Assembly (NCBI GenBank): GCA_009914755.4
Contig: CP068257.2
Coordinates: 26,048,001-26,112,000, forward strand
DNA length: 64,000 bases
Origin: the human T2T-CHM13v2.0 reference genome, Homo sapiens
Direction of reading: 5' to 3'
The translations under genes and the position numbers were made by a program. Of the stretch, positions 31,248-44,044 are shown piece after piece (position 1 is the stretch's first letter; each line of letters starts with the position of its first letter). The notes under the pieces were generated by a model. It saw only the letters and a list, made by a program, of their open reading frames with translations. It did no database searches and was not told the origin of the DNA.

Positions 31248-32671
31248 AGCATCAACTTACTTTGAATCTGACATCCCTCAGACAACAGAGCAGGCTTTTC
31301 CAAGAGTCTCATTTGTTTGCCTCCCTCTACTCCTGCAGGTTTTATTCCAGGGTTGTGGAATAAAACTTGATTCCTATTTCTTTTCTTTCTCAATTCGGTC
31401 ATCTCCCCCATGCTACTCTTATCTCCTCTTATGTGTTTGTACCACTAGGCAACTCTGTATCGCTCATACCCAGATTGGTATGTCTTCAATTTAGGATTTA
31501 ATATCTGAAAGTTTCACATTTAGAGCAATATTTATAGTTTCTTTGTTGTGGCCAAAAGTGAAAAAGTAGAAATACAGTACAGAGAAGTAGATAAAAAATA
31601 ATTTCCCAATAATAAAGCACTTACAATCCTACTACACAGAAACCATATATACTTCACTCATTCATATATTTTTTCATTTGTCACATGTTCCAAGACCTTC
31701 TTCTGTATTTAAAGTTCTCTTGTAAACATTGAATATTGCACTGTGATCACTATAGGAATGTATGTCATCCTCATATACTTATAATTTATTGAGATACTGA
31801 TTTCTATAGATTTTCCTTTGTTTTCAATTAAACATGTTTTCAAATGAAGACTATCAGACTTTTCCTGACTTTTGGCTATTTTAAACTAGTAAATTTAAGC
31901 TAAATTTCTTTTAAGATTACATAAGATCTTTAAAACAACAACAAAACACAAGATATACAAGTCTCATTGTTGTGCTCTTTTTTGGTCCAGTGAGCATTCA
32001 ACATATATAAAATAGTGTAGAATACTAATATGTTAATGTATTTTGTTCCTGGCAAATTTACCAAATAATTCTATGTAGTTCTGAATCATTGTTGTTTCAT
32101 TTTATAATTTTTTGAAAATTCAGCTTTCATTTGTCTTCCACAGCTGCGTCACATCCTAAGCATATCTCATATCCAGAATTTTTTTTGCTAATTCATTAGA
32201 TTTTACTTTTCACCAAAGAAAAATAATGGGGTTACTTTAGGATATAAACCCACTGATTTTGGTATCAATTAATAATATATGAAATCTAATTTTGAAAGTA
32301 TTTTCTCTGCTTTTTTCTTGATTTAAAATTACATTGTTTAAGGGCATCAAAAATTATATTCAACAAATATTTGTCATCAAGCTACATGTTTACTACATTT
32401 TGAATTATTTTCAATAGGCATTTTCAGCCTAGGCTTTTCTTTATTCAACTTATCCCTCATTACCCATCTCTCCAAGCTGTAGACATTGACATCCTGCCTG
32501 GCACTTGACAATTTCCAAATCTGGGAGTTGGACTTTGTTTCCTGCTTCCTCAACAACTGGCTAGGATTAAGCCCACCCAGTTGATAAAACATTCACCAGG
32601 AAGACAACAAACATACTGCATGGCTTGTCAAACCACTTTGGAATTTATCATATTATTTTTTAAAACTTTAA

Positions 32672-32886
<215 letters not shown>

Positions 32887-32948
32887 TGCACTCCAGCCTG
32901 GGTGACAGAGTGAGACTCTGTCTCAAATAAATAAATAAATAATAAATA
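32887..32948 (+). mobile_element. ~40-bp Alu 3'-terminal fragment, sense, plus an (AAAT)n tail, joined directly to the antisense Alu above
   Basis: tgcactccagcctgggtgacagagtgagactctgtctcaaataaataaataaataataaat. Confidence 0.65.
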
Positions 32949-33155
32949 CTGATGTCCTTACATCAGCCAAGGGTAGCAATATTGGTAACTTTTAATTAAA
33001 ACAGAAAACCATTTTTATTTTCAGGCAAAGGATGAGCCCAGTAGTAGAGCTACTAAACCTAATCAGCAACATCTCTCATGTCCTTTCACAAAACACGCTT
33101 TAAAAATCTTGACCCACAACATTTTATTCCCCTGCAGAAACTATGCATTTGTAAC

Positions 33156-35638
33156 TGATATGGCTTGGATGTTTTGTCCCCCCACTCCAAATCTTTTGTT
33201 GAAATGTGACCTCCAATGCTGAAGGTGGAGCCTGGTAGGAGGTGTTTGCGTCATGGAGATGGATCCCTCATGGATGGCTTGGTGCTGTCCTCACAGCAGT
33301 GAGTGAGTTCTCACTCTGTGAGTTCATTTGAGACATGGTTGTTTAATAGAAACTGGTAGCTCCACCTTTTTCCTCTTGCCCACTCTCTTGCCATGTGATA
33401 CACCTGCTTCCCCTTTGCCTTCCATCATGATCATAACCTCACCAGAAGCAGATGCTGGCACTATGCTTAATGTACAGCCTGCAGAATCACGAGCCAATTA
33501 AAACTCTTTTCTTTATGAATTAATTACCCAGTCTCAGGTATTCCATTAGAACAATGCAAATAAACTAACACAGAAAATTGGTACTGAAGAGTGGGACGTT
33601 GCTATAAAGATTCCTGAAATTGCGGAAACAGCTTTAAAACTGGGTGACATGCGGAGGTTGGAATATCGGAGGGCTCAGAGGAAAACGGGAAGATGAGAGA
33701 AAGTTTAGAACTTCTCAGAGACTGAATAGTAGTGACCAAAACGTTGATAGAAATATGGACAGTAAAGGTCAGGCTCAAAAGTTTTCAGATGAAAATGAAG
33801 AAGTCATTGGGAACTGGAGTAAAGAACACCCATGTTATGCCCAAGCAAAGAACTTGGCTGCATTGTGTCCATGGCTTAGGGGTTTGTAGAAAGGTAAACT
33901 TAACAGTGATGACCTAGGGTAAATGGTGGAAAAATCTGTAAACAGCACATCATTGCTGTAGCAATGATGTGCTGTAGCTGCTTCGAACAGCCTATGATCA
34001 AATACAGGAGCAAGGAAATGCCTTAAAGTTGGAACTTGTAATTAAAAGGGAAGCAGAGCATTAAAAGTTTGGGAAATTTGCAGCCTGGTTTGGCCATATG
34101 GTAGAAAGGGAGAAAACATTTTTAGGAGAGGAATACAAGAAGGGCGTGGAGAAACCACTTGCTAGAGAGGTTTGTGTGACTAAATGGGAGTCAACTGCTA
34201 ATAGTCAAGACAATGGGAAAAAGGCCTCAAAGGCATTTCAGACATCTCTGGGTCAGCCCCCTCCCATTACAGGCCCTAAGGCCTAGCAGAACAGAATGGC
34301 TTCCTGGGCCAGGGCCAGGGACTTGCTAACCTTCACAACTTTGGAACACGGCTCTCTGTATCCCTGCTGCTTCAGCTCCCGCCTGACTCAAAGGACTGAG
34401 CCAATGCCCCAGAGGGTGCAAACCATAAGCCGTGGTGGCTTCCATGTGGTGTTAAGTCTGCCGGCACAACAGAATGCAAGAATGAAGGAAGCTTGGAAGC
34501 TTCCACCTAGATTTCAGAGGATGTATTGGAAAGCTTGGATGCCAAGATAGAAACCTGCCACAGAGGCAATGCCCCTGTAGAAAGGCTGTACTAGGGAAAT
34601 TCCAAGGATAAAGGTGGAATTGGAGCCCATACAGTCCCCACCAAGGCACTGCCTAGTGGAACAATGGGATGGGGGCTGCTGTCCCATAGACCTAAGAATA
34701 ATAGAGCCACTGGAAACTTCCATATGTGCCTAGAGAAGCCACAGGCACTGGACTCCAACCTGCGAGAGCAGCTACAGGTGCTGCACCTTGCAAAGCCACA
34801 GGGGCAAAAATGCCTAACATCTTGGGAGTCCACCCCTTGCAACAATGTGCCCAGGATGTGGGACACAGAGTTAAGGAAATAATTTTGGAGCTTTAAAGAT
34901 TTAATGACGGCTCTGCTGGGTTTCAGAAATGTGTGGGGCCTGTTGTCCTTTTCTTTTGGCTGACTTCTCCCTTTTGGCGTGACAATGCTTACTCAATTCC
35001 TGCACCGCCATTGCATCTCGAAGTAAATAATTAATTTCTTTTTTTATTTTTTATTTTACAAGCTCATAGGTGAAAGAAACTTGCCTTGAGTCCCCAATGA
35101 GACTTTGAATTTTGGACTTTTGAGTGATGCTGGAATGAGCTGAGGCTTTTAAAGACTATTGGGAAGGGATGATTGTATTTTGCAATGTGAGATGAACATA
35201 AGATTTGGGGTCCCAGAGATGGAATAATATGGCTAGTATATTTTGTCCTCTCTAAATCTCATGTTGAAATGTAATCTCCAAAGTTAGTGGTGGGGCCTGT
35301 GGAAGGTGTTTGGGTCATGGGGACAAATCCCTCGTGAATGGCTTGGTGCCATCCTTGAAGTAATATGTAAGCTCTCAATTTGAGTTCAAGTGAGATCTGG
35401 TTGTATAAAAGAGCCTGGCACCTTCTTCTCCTCTCTCTTCCTCTCTCTCATCATGTGATATATCTGCTCCCCATTTGCCTTCCATCAATTGTAAGCTTCC
35501 TGAGGCCCTCACCAGAAGCAGATATTGGCACTATGTTTCATGTACAGACTGCAGAATCATGAGCCAAATAAACCTCTTTTCTTTATCAATTACCCAGTCT
35601 CAGGTATTCCTTTACAGTGATGAAAACAGACTAATCTA
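33156..35638 (+). mobile_element. Structurally complete ERVL-MaLR element (MST/THE1-type). 5' LTR at ~33156-33573, internal region at ~33574-35219, 3' LTR at ~35220-35638
   Basis: Both LTRs start tgatatggcttgg / ..aatatggctag...ttttgtcc.c...aaatct..tgttgaaatgt.a.ctcc and end ...caatta...ctcttttctttat.aattacccagtctcaggtattcc.tta.a..atg.aaa.a.actaa. The internal part opens with the MaLR-internal start aattggtactgaagagtgggacgttgctataaagattcctgaaattgcggaaacagctttaaaactgggtgacatg. The LTRs are mutually divergent, so the insertion is ancient. Confidence 0.8.
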
Positions 35639-36479
35639 GTTACTGAAAACCTCTATGAATGAAGACTTTGCCCACATTTTCACTATGTATCCCAGATTTT
35701 CTAGAAGGTATTTCCGAATATAATTGCAAAAGCAAACATATAGTAGTGGTTCTGATTGCAGAAATTTTAGAGTAGCTTGTATCAGACTATCCATTAGAAA
35801 GAGAATAAATAAACTAAATTCCAGCACTGACAGCAGAGTAAAAACCTGTCTCCAATACATAAATAAGTCGATAAATAAATAAGTAACAAATAAGCTTTGA
35901 ACAAATAGAGTTAAAAAAAGTTTGAAGACATTGGAGACTAGACACAAATGAGCAAATCCTGGATGGAGTTTGGCCCTTGAAAAGGAGAATGGCAAGGATG
36001 AGATCTCATTTGTACATCTTTTCCCTCTTAGGGGGAAAAAAAGACAAAAATAAAAGTATTGGAAACAGTAAATGAGAGAATACACAAAATTTACAAAGGA
36101 ACAAATACATAAATAATTGCTAATGTCACATTAAAAAAATGAAAATAAGAAGAAAAGGAATCTTATCTTTAAATTCCTTAAAATAAAAACAAAAATTTTA
36201 AATCAGCATGCTGCATCAAGTCAAAAATAACTTATTTGGTTAAATAAATATATATTTTAGGTAAATGAAAGCTGAGAAGATATATTTCTCAAGTTCTGTA
36301 CTATAAGAAATGCTAAAATAAATACTTCAGAATAAAGTGAAATGACTATAGACAGTGACAGAGATTCACAGGAAGAAATAAAGACCACTAAAAATAAGAG
36401 CTTTCTTTTAATTTCTTTAAAAGAAAATTGACAATTTAATGCAAAAAATATAAGGTTGAATTATAAAATTTATAAGTAG

Positions 36480-37135
36480 ATTTAAAATGTATGGCACCAA
36501 TAATGTTACTGAATTCATATGGGTCTGCAGCAACCTTAGTTTTTTCCTCTTCAGGAAAAACAAATTGACCAAAGAGGCAGAAGGAGAAACCAGAGCAAAT
36601 TTTAGAGCAAGAGTGAAAGTTTATCAGAAGTCTTTGGAACAGGAATGGAAGGAAGTAAAGTACACTTGGAAGAGGAACAAGTGGGTGACATGAGAGATAA
36701 AGTGCACGGTTTGACCTTTGGACTTGGGATTTTATACATTAGCATACTTCCAGGATCTCGCATCCCTTCTCTCCTGATTCTTCCCTTGGGGTGGGCTGTC
36801 ACATGTGCAGTGAACTGCCAGCACTTGGGAGGGGAGCATGCACAGTGTGTTTACTGGACCTGTACACATGCTCAATTGAGGTGTTCTCCCCTTACCAGCC
36901 AAATGTCCCTTGGTGGTAATATACCAGTTAAACTCTTCCATTTTACCTCTTAGTGCACATGCCCAAGCCCACTCACTCAACTCCTGAGATCTTATTAGAA
37001 AGCTGCTTATCACCAGTTTCAGGTGTTTCTGTTTCTTGGGAGACTGCCTTTCCCTGGCACTGGCTGTGACCATTTGTTATTTAGAGAGATGGTTTACTAA
37101 CCACCTGACCATCACCTGATGGATGCCTGACATTC
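36480..37135 (-). mobile_element. Unclassified ~650-bp LTR-like repeat, copy 1. LTR sense appears to be the minus strand (TGTTACAG...TATAAAA...poly(A)-signal-like...)
   Basis: ~80% identical and colinear with 41690-42345. The minus-strand reading starts TGTTACAGTAGGTAG and contains tataaaatcccaagtcc...gataaactttcactcttgctctaaaatttgctctgg. Confidence 0.5.
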
Positions 37136-40100
37136 CTAGAGTGGGAGTGCTCTCCTACCCTTCTTGTGTGTGACTAGCTACCTACTGTAACAACTTCCCT
37201 TTCAAGAGTCCAAGACCTCAATTCTTTGGAGAAAAATGGATGAAGGTCAGTCTTCTGTAACTGCTTCCTTCTCACAGAGGGGCAATGGTGGTTCTGTGGG
37301 TCTTGGCCTTTGGCTAGTTGCCAGGGAAGGGTTTGCTTTGTGAGCTGGTGAAAGCAGTATCCAGCCAGGTCCAAAGGAGACACAGGCAGGATTTTACTTC
37401 TGTCATGTCTCACTGATGGGCAGTCTAGGGGTCTCCTGCAGGAGGGTGACTCTTAAATATTGAGAGGATGGTATCCCTCAATAATGATCATCTAGAGCTT
37501 GATGGCCTGAAGGCAAGAGAAGACAAATCAGGTTATTAGATTTAGCAGAATGTTAAAATGAAGTAAGGGGGTGATGACAGCTGACACACCCAGGTAGCTG
37601 GTGGCTATAGTCATAACTGCTAAGAATTGGGCGTGTGGGGGTGCTAGCCAATTCCAATATGTGCCAAGAATTGCAATACTGAAGCAGATTTTTTCATTAC
37701 CCATCCCTTTTGTTTCTTCTGAGCTGCAGCCAGAGATCACTACTAGTTGGTTCACTGGAGTAAGTAGGGTGAGTCTAAATTGCAGACAAAAACTCAAAAA
37801 CAACTGATGAGGCTAGAACTTAATCACAGGTGTACCATAGTTCTTCAAACATAATTTTTCTCTCTCCAGATCTTATTTTTATGAAAAATAAATCCTGATA
37901 GGACTGATGTGCTTGCAAAATAAGTTCTAGTCTTATTACACTTGGCCAGATTATTTGCATGAATCACAGCAAGAATAATCATTTTCCAGAAAGTGACATT
38001 TTTTACTTATGTCAGGAACCCTGTACAGGGACTGTGTAGACAAGGTGTGAGGCCAGTTTTCCCAAGGGGTTTTATTGTCTCTATAAGTCAAATTTGGTTC
38101 CTTAAAGAAATGCACATTATTTCAGTCAAAGCCTTGATAAAATAACCAGTGTCTCTAATTGTGTCCTGTTGCAAAAGAAAATAGATTCATATTGCATTTA
38201 TGCAAATAACTGTATTGCCATGAGTTAAGAATATTCACAAATAGTTTTCAAATTCAGGAGAAATCAGGTAGGAAGAAAAAACATTATGCTTCAAATTATG
38301 TTGATAGTAGTATAATTTATTTACTCAATTCTTTAAAAGCTGTAAATAATGCAAAAGAAAATTTTCTTGTCTTTTAAAAACGAAGGATTAACAACATTTT
38401 AAGCAAAAACTCATAAAAGAATTATTTTAGTCTTCTACTAGTTTAGTCCATGTTCTGCTTGATATTCATGAACATTTTAGCTCTCCATATCTCTAATGAC
38501 ACAATCTTTGAAGTGATCAAAAACCTGTGTTTTAGAACACCTGTTAGAGTATTACAGCTGTTTATAAAACCTCCTTCTAAAAATAATCAAAACAAGACAA
38601 TTAATGTTCGTGGATGACAAAACATCTTAGGGCAGGCACAGTCAAAGATACAATTGACAAGGAAATTTGTTAACTTGGTGGTACACAATAATTTAACATA
38701 ATAATTATAATTATTCCTGATAGCATATATTAACTTATATCAGAGTCATAGGAATTTTGCATAATTTTGGAACACACATACCAATAACACATTTATAAAA
38801 ATATAGGCCAATGAAATCCAAATGTTACCTTTGCATTAGTGTGCTATTGATGTCAAACCCAACTCAATAAAACCTTAATAGGCAAATCTGTTCAATTTTA
38901 ATCAGCCTGATCATAAGGTAAGATTCTCATGAACATTTTATAAGCCTTTACAATTTTCTGTTAAAGAGCAGAACAATACTCTAAGAAAATTGTGTTGTGT
39001 TTTTATTCCAATGTTTAATTTACAGATAAGCTGAATAATACCCTTTTAATTTTAGCTAATATGTTCACTCACACAATTTCTTTTACATGATTAATTTTTC
39101 ACAAACATTCCACAACTTACTTAAACTTTTAACTTTATCTAATCTAACTTTAAACAACACCTTAACCCTCTAAAATAAGCAATAGAAATAGAGCTATTAT
39201 AGAGAAAGATGAATTCAGAAGTTGGGTAAATATTAAGCAGGTACCTGTCTTGGTAAATACATTTTTGCCCCAAAGAGGTGTGAATATTTTCTTTGGAGGC
39301 AGGAGGTGCCATGTGCCTCATTACCTGACATGATTTGGAGGAGAGTTGCTAGAGAAGATTAGCACAGAGTAGTCAGCTCTTGAACCCAAAAGGGAAAATT
39401 ATAATTTTACTTGCTGCCTCCATAGTTGTCCTTGTTCTCTTGATGACAATGTCTGAACTGGGAGCTGGCTGAAGCAGAGAGCCCTTTCAGTTCAAGGTCA
39501 CCAGGGTTGGGATTCTGTCCTGGGGCCCTTAAGCCCTCAGAGAAGTTCCATTTCAGTGGTTGAGCTTGTGGCACAGAGGACAAGCCATGTGGGTCTTTTT
39601 CCTATTTATCTCACTGACAGTTTACCTTCCAGTGGCCTGGCTTCCAGCACCAATGGCAATTACCTGGAGGAATGTCCTTAGGACAACCTGGAGGGAGATT
39701 GAGAGCTTGTAAGGTAGCCAATACTTGATCTTGCCTTTTGTCCCTGCATTTTTCCTTTTTCTTAACCCTGTTCTCCTTATTCTACTCTTGGTTATACAAG
39801 ACTGAGAAAGCTAATCTGAGGACCTCCTGCACAGGGTCACTGGGTTCTATGACTGACTTTTGTAATTTCCTCCCAGTTAATACTTAGGCCAAACAAGATT
39901 ACAAAGTAAAACTATTTTTTTGTTTTAAGGTTTGGGGAAATCAAACTTTTCCCCCCTTTGGGGGATGCATCTGTGGGGCATGTCCTATAGTATGAAGACA
40001 TAATTACCCATCTGTGAAGAGAGAACAGAAAAGAGAAAAAGAAAAAAGGAATAACAAGGTCTTCCCTCTACTTTCCTATTATCCTGAATGGGGCATCCCC

Positions 40101-41559
40101 CAATGTCCTTAGGCATGAACTGGTATAACTGTGTACCTTTGGTCCCATCTCATCACAACTACTCACTTAAGAATATGTACCCCTAACCTTCCCTTTATCT
40201 CTGTTCTAATGGTAATCTGTTAGCCTGGGACCACCTTTCCTCTCTGTCCTATGGGTCTCTTGTACCTGTGGCCTTGGGCCAGCCTATATCCTTATTTCCA
40301 TGACCTTATAGTGACACTTTCTTGGAATATTCCAGCAAAAAAAAAAGATACTCTCTTTTCTCAGCTTTCCATTTCCCATGTTCTTTAAGTAGAAGAGAAG
40401 CCTGTTTTTCAGCTAACTGCCCAAAGGGGAGTTATGGACTTTCCTCCATTCTCCCTTCAAATATGACCTTGAGGGTCTTGATGCATGTTGTGAAGAATGC
40501 AGAAGTAATTAGAGAAATGGAGGATACAGAAGGAAGTGGTAGGAAGCAAGAGGAATAATCATGGAAAGCCTTAATACGCTTGTAAATATAGCAGCCCTTG
40601 AATTCAAGAGAGCAATGTTTATTTTCCCTCTTGATATAAATTAAGAACCTTTGGAAGACTTAGCGCTTGGGGGAAGAACTCACAATTGGCAAAAGAAGAA
40701 TTCTCCCTCCTTCCAAATGGGTGCTAACTCAAAAAAAGTAAGTAGGTGGGATCCTTAAAGGATCAGAGTGAGGCCCTATGCAGTTAGACAAACTGCTTCA
40801 AAAGCCACTGAAAACTCGACTCTGAGGTATAACAGGAACAAAAAGTATATGGTAAGTCATAAGGAGCTGGCAGAGCTGGGGTTCCAAGTAGTGTCTGTCC
40901 TGGAAATGTGTCAGCAGACAAGGGAAGGGTTTGTGGTCATCTGAGCTAGTAGGGTAAACACAAGTATAAATCTCAGGGTATTTCTGCAAGGCAGCCTGTG
41001 TCTTTGCTGCCAGACAAATGCAGCAAGAGCCATGGGTGCACAAATAACAGGGTGTGTTTAAAAATTCATGTGGCATGTGAAGTGAAAGCAAAGAGGCAGA
41101 CTTGCCTCCAAAGCAGATAGTCCTGTGGGTGTGCAAGGCCATTTCAGAATACATGCAGAGAAAACAGGAGAATATGCTGTTTGCGTTTTTGGAAAGAGCT
41201 GATTTTAGTTGAAAAGGTAGAGGAAACCCTAGACATTGCACGGTTTTAGGCTTTAGCCCTACCTTTCTCACAAGCCTCCTGTCCAGGAGGGCCATTAGCA
41301 TCTCAGATCTACTCAGTGTAAACCCCAAGGTTATTCCCACCTCTGCAAGCTGCCAGTCAGGGTCAGCTGAGAGATCAGCCTGGTGGGTGTGTGTGAGCAG
41401 AGTCACTTATGGCCAAGAGGAATTGTTCTGGGGGTTTGTTAGTAAGCAGGAGAAAGAAGGGGAGAAGAAAACTGTGTATGGGTGTTGAACACCTCCCACC
41501 GAAGCAAGTGAGGAATAAAGATCTCTTACCATTGAAGACCATGTCGAAGTCATGGAAAC

Positions 41560-41700
41560 AAAATATGTTAATGGCCAAACGTATTAGAGACCCATGGCAC
41601 CAAAGTATGTTAGCAGTGGAAGGTATCTGAGTCACATGGCACAAAAATATGTTCCCAGCAAAACATATCTGTGTCACGGCACCAAAGTATGTCACCAGCA
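41560..41700. repeat. Tandem triplication of a ~40-bp unit (catggcaccaaagtatgt.agcag...). This unit is the terminal sequence of the LTR-like repeat
   Basis: catggcaccaaagtatgttagcagtggaaggtatctgagtcacatggcacaaaaatatgttcccagcaaaacatatctgtgtcacggcaccaaagtatgtcaccagcag. Confidence 0.6.
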
Positions 41701-42345
41701 GTAAATCCTTATGGGTCTACAGCAACCTCAATTCTTGCCTCTTCAGAAGAAATAATTCAAACAAGGAGGTATAAGGCAGAAGGAGAGATACAGACAAGTT
41801 TTAGAGCAGGAGTGAAAGTTTATTAGAAAGCTTTAGAACAGGAATGAAAGAAAGTAAAGTACACTTGGAAGAGGGCCAAGTGGGCGACTGGCGGGATCAA
41901 GTGTGTGGTTTGTCCTTTTGACTTGGAGTTTGATATGTTGACATGCTTCCTGGTTCTTGAGTCTCTTCTCCCTGATTCTTCCCTAGGGGTGGGCTGCCCG
42001 CATGTGCAGGGGCCTGCCAGCACTTGGGAGGTGAGCAGGCACAGCATGTTTATTGTATATGCATGCATGCTCACTTGAGGTGTCCTTCCCTAACCAGCCA
42101 AATATCCCTAGAAGGACATATACCAGTTAAACTCCACAATTTTGCCTCTTAGTGTGCATATTTGAGCCCAGTCACCCAGCTCCTGAGATCTTATTGGGAA
42201 GCTGCTGATCACCAGTCTCAGGTGTTTCTGCTTATTGGAAGACTGCCTTTCCCCGGCACTGGCTATAACCAATTATTATTTTAGAGAAACAGTATAACAG
42301 CTCCCTGACCTTCACTTGATGGTCCCCTGACATTCCTGTTTGGGA
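41690..42345 (-). mobile_element. Unclassified ~650-bp LTR-like repeat, copy 2, same orientation as copy 1
   Basis: Colinear alignment with 36480-37135 (...agagca.gagtgaaagtttat.agaa..ctttggaacaggaatg.aaggaagtaaagtacacttggaagagg..caagtggg.gac...cctgattcttccct.ggggtgggctg...ccagcacttgggagg.gagca.gcacag...ccagttaaactc...ctcttagtg.gcata...ctcctgagatcttatt.g.aagctgct.atcaccagt.tcaggtgtttctg...gactgcctttcccc.ggcactggct). Confidence 0.5.
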
Positions 42346-42796
42346 CAGGGGGAAGGGGCTCTCCTACCCTGCTCATATCTAACTACCCACTTGTAAGAGC
42401 AATACAAAGAATAGATATATGGTCTTATATATACATCTTACGTACAATATCATTTCAAGCTTCTCACACTTCAAATTAAATGCTGCCATATTAACTCTAA
42501 GTAGCTTACAGTAAGTGAAAGATGCCTACTGTAATCCCTATAGTAAGCACTACAATTCACAAAATGGCATAGCCAAAAAGTCAATGGTAGAAGTAAAATG
42601 TAACACTGAAAGATTAACATAACCCAGAAGAAGGCAGAAAAGGAAGAACAGCAAAACAAAATCGGAAGAAATGAAAACACAATTACAGAAAATTAGCTAA
42701 TGGAGATTAGAAAAATTACAAATGTAACCCAACTATACTAATTATTACATTAGCTGTTGTTATATTGTCAGATTTAATAAAATAATCAAGATCCAA

Positions 42797-42990
42797 ACAT
42801 CCTCTTTAAAAGATATGTATATTTAACATAAAGAAACAGGTAGACTAAAACAAGCAAGACCAAAAGACCTCTTTTGTTTTTTTAACTTTGTTTTAGGTTC
42901 AGGATATTTGCAGCAAATATCCTCTTTAAAGATATGTATATTTAATATAGGGCACAAATAGACTAAAACATAAAACATGGAAAAAGATAT
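42797..42990. repeat. Local ~75-bp duplication (..atcctctttaaa.gatatgtatatttaa.ata...agactaaaaca.a...), two copies ~115 bp apart
   Basis: Direct comparison of 42797-42875 with 42913-42990. Confidence 0.5.
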
Positions 42991-44044
42991 ACTATCTAAA
43001 ATGTAAAAATGTAAATTGTATGAATACTGTAATATCAAAGTATGCTCCAGTACAATAAACATTACCTGAAATAAAGCGCAGCATTTCATTAAGACATAAC
43101 AATCATACATGTTTGCATACTTAATTAACAGAGCTTCAAAATACAGCCATGTACTGCATAAAGTTGTTTCTGTTTTGCATACATAACGGTGGTCCCATAG
43201 CATTATAATGGAGCTCAAAAATTTATAGCCGTTGTAATGCAGTGTGATGCATTACTCACGTGCCTGTAGTGGTGCTGATGTAAATATACCTACTTTATGA
43301 TGTCAAAATGTTGTAGTAACTAAGTTGAATTTATGATTGAAGAAAAATATTTTTGATAAGTTTAGTGTAGCTGAAGTGTACAATGTGTATCTAGTCTACA
43401 GTAGAGTGCAGTGATGTGTTCGGCCTTCACATTCACTCACTAGTGCTTCATTGACTCACCCAGAGCAACTTCCAATCGTGCAAGCTCCGTTCAAGGTAAG
43501 TGCCCTATACAAGTGTACCAGTTTTTATCTTTTATACTTTATTTTTACCATACCTTTTCTCTGTTTACTTATGTTTAGATGTGCAAATATTTAACATTGT
43601 GTTATAATTGCCTACAGTATTCAGCACAGAAGCCTGCTGAGGTTTGTAACCAAGGAACAGAAGTCATACCATCTAGGCTAAGTGTGTAGTAGGCTATAGA
43701 CTTGTGTAAGTGCATTCTATGATGTTCACACAATGACAAAATCACCTAACAACGCATTGCTCATACTGTATTTCTGTGGTTAAACGATGCATGACAGTAT
43801 GTAAAACGAAAACAAAAAAAGTAAAGGAAAAAATGGACAATTACAGGTTTTAATATTGAATTATCACTGACTGATAGATTAGTTAGACACAAGACCAGGA
43901 AAGATACATAGGATCTAAAACACACTATCAATGACCTTTTTCTAATTGACGTTTGTAGAACACTGAAGAATATGTCACAGTTACGAAACTTCAGAAAATG
44001 CATTATTTTCAGTTGCATATTAAACGTTCACCAAGACAGAATAT

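Noticed and set aside
35636-36085. 149-aa minus-strand ORF, and similarly the 131-aa ORF at 42823-43218
   Set aside because: AT-rich sequence with a Phe/Leu/Ile/Tyr-biased translation, typical of spurious ORFs in AT-rich DNA
40798-41406. 202-aa minus-strand ORF in unique-looking sequence
   Set aside because: It has no recognisable domain or motif and no L1 or ERV similarity that I can see. It lies in the putative decayed-provirus interior. Its length is within what chance produces in 64 kb of six-frame translation. I did not call it a CDS
41667-41684. Exact match to the 3'-terminal 12 nt plus CCA of tRNA-His (GTCACGGCACCA)
   Set aside because: Only the acceptor-stem or 3' end is present and no cloverleaf can be built from the upstream sequence. 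I interpret it as a PBS-related motif of an LTR element (on the opposite strand), not as a tRNA gene
43000-43800. Sequence resembling a common human interspersed repeat (..ctaggctaagtgtgtagtaggctatagacttgtgtaagtgcattctatgatgttcacacaatgacaaaatcacctaacaacgcattgctcatactgtatttctgtggttaaacgatgcatgacagta)
   Set aside because: I recognise the motif as repeat-derived but cannot recall the family name reliably. It is not reported as a feature
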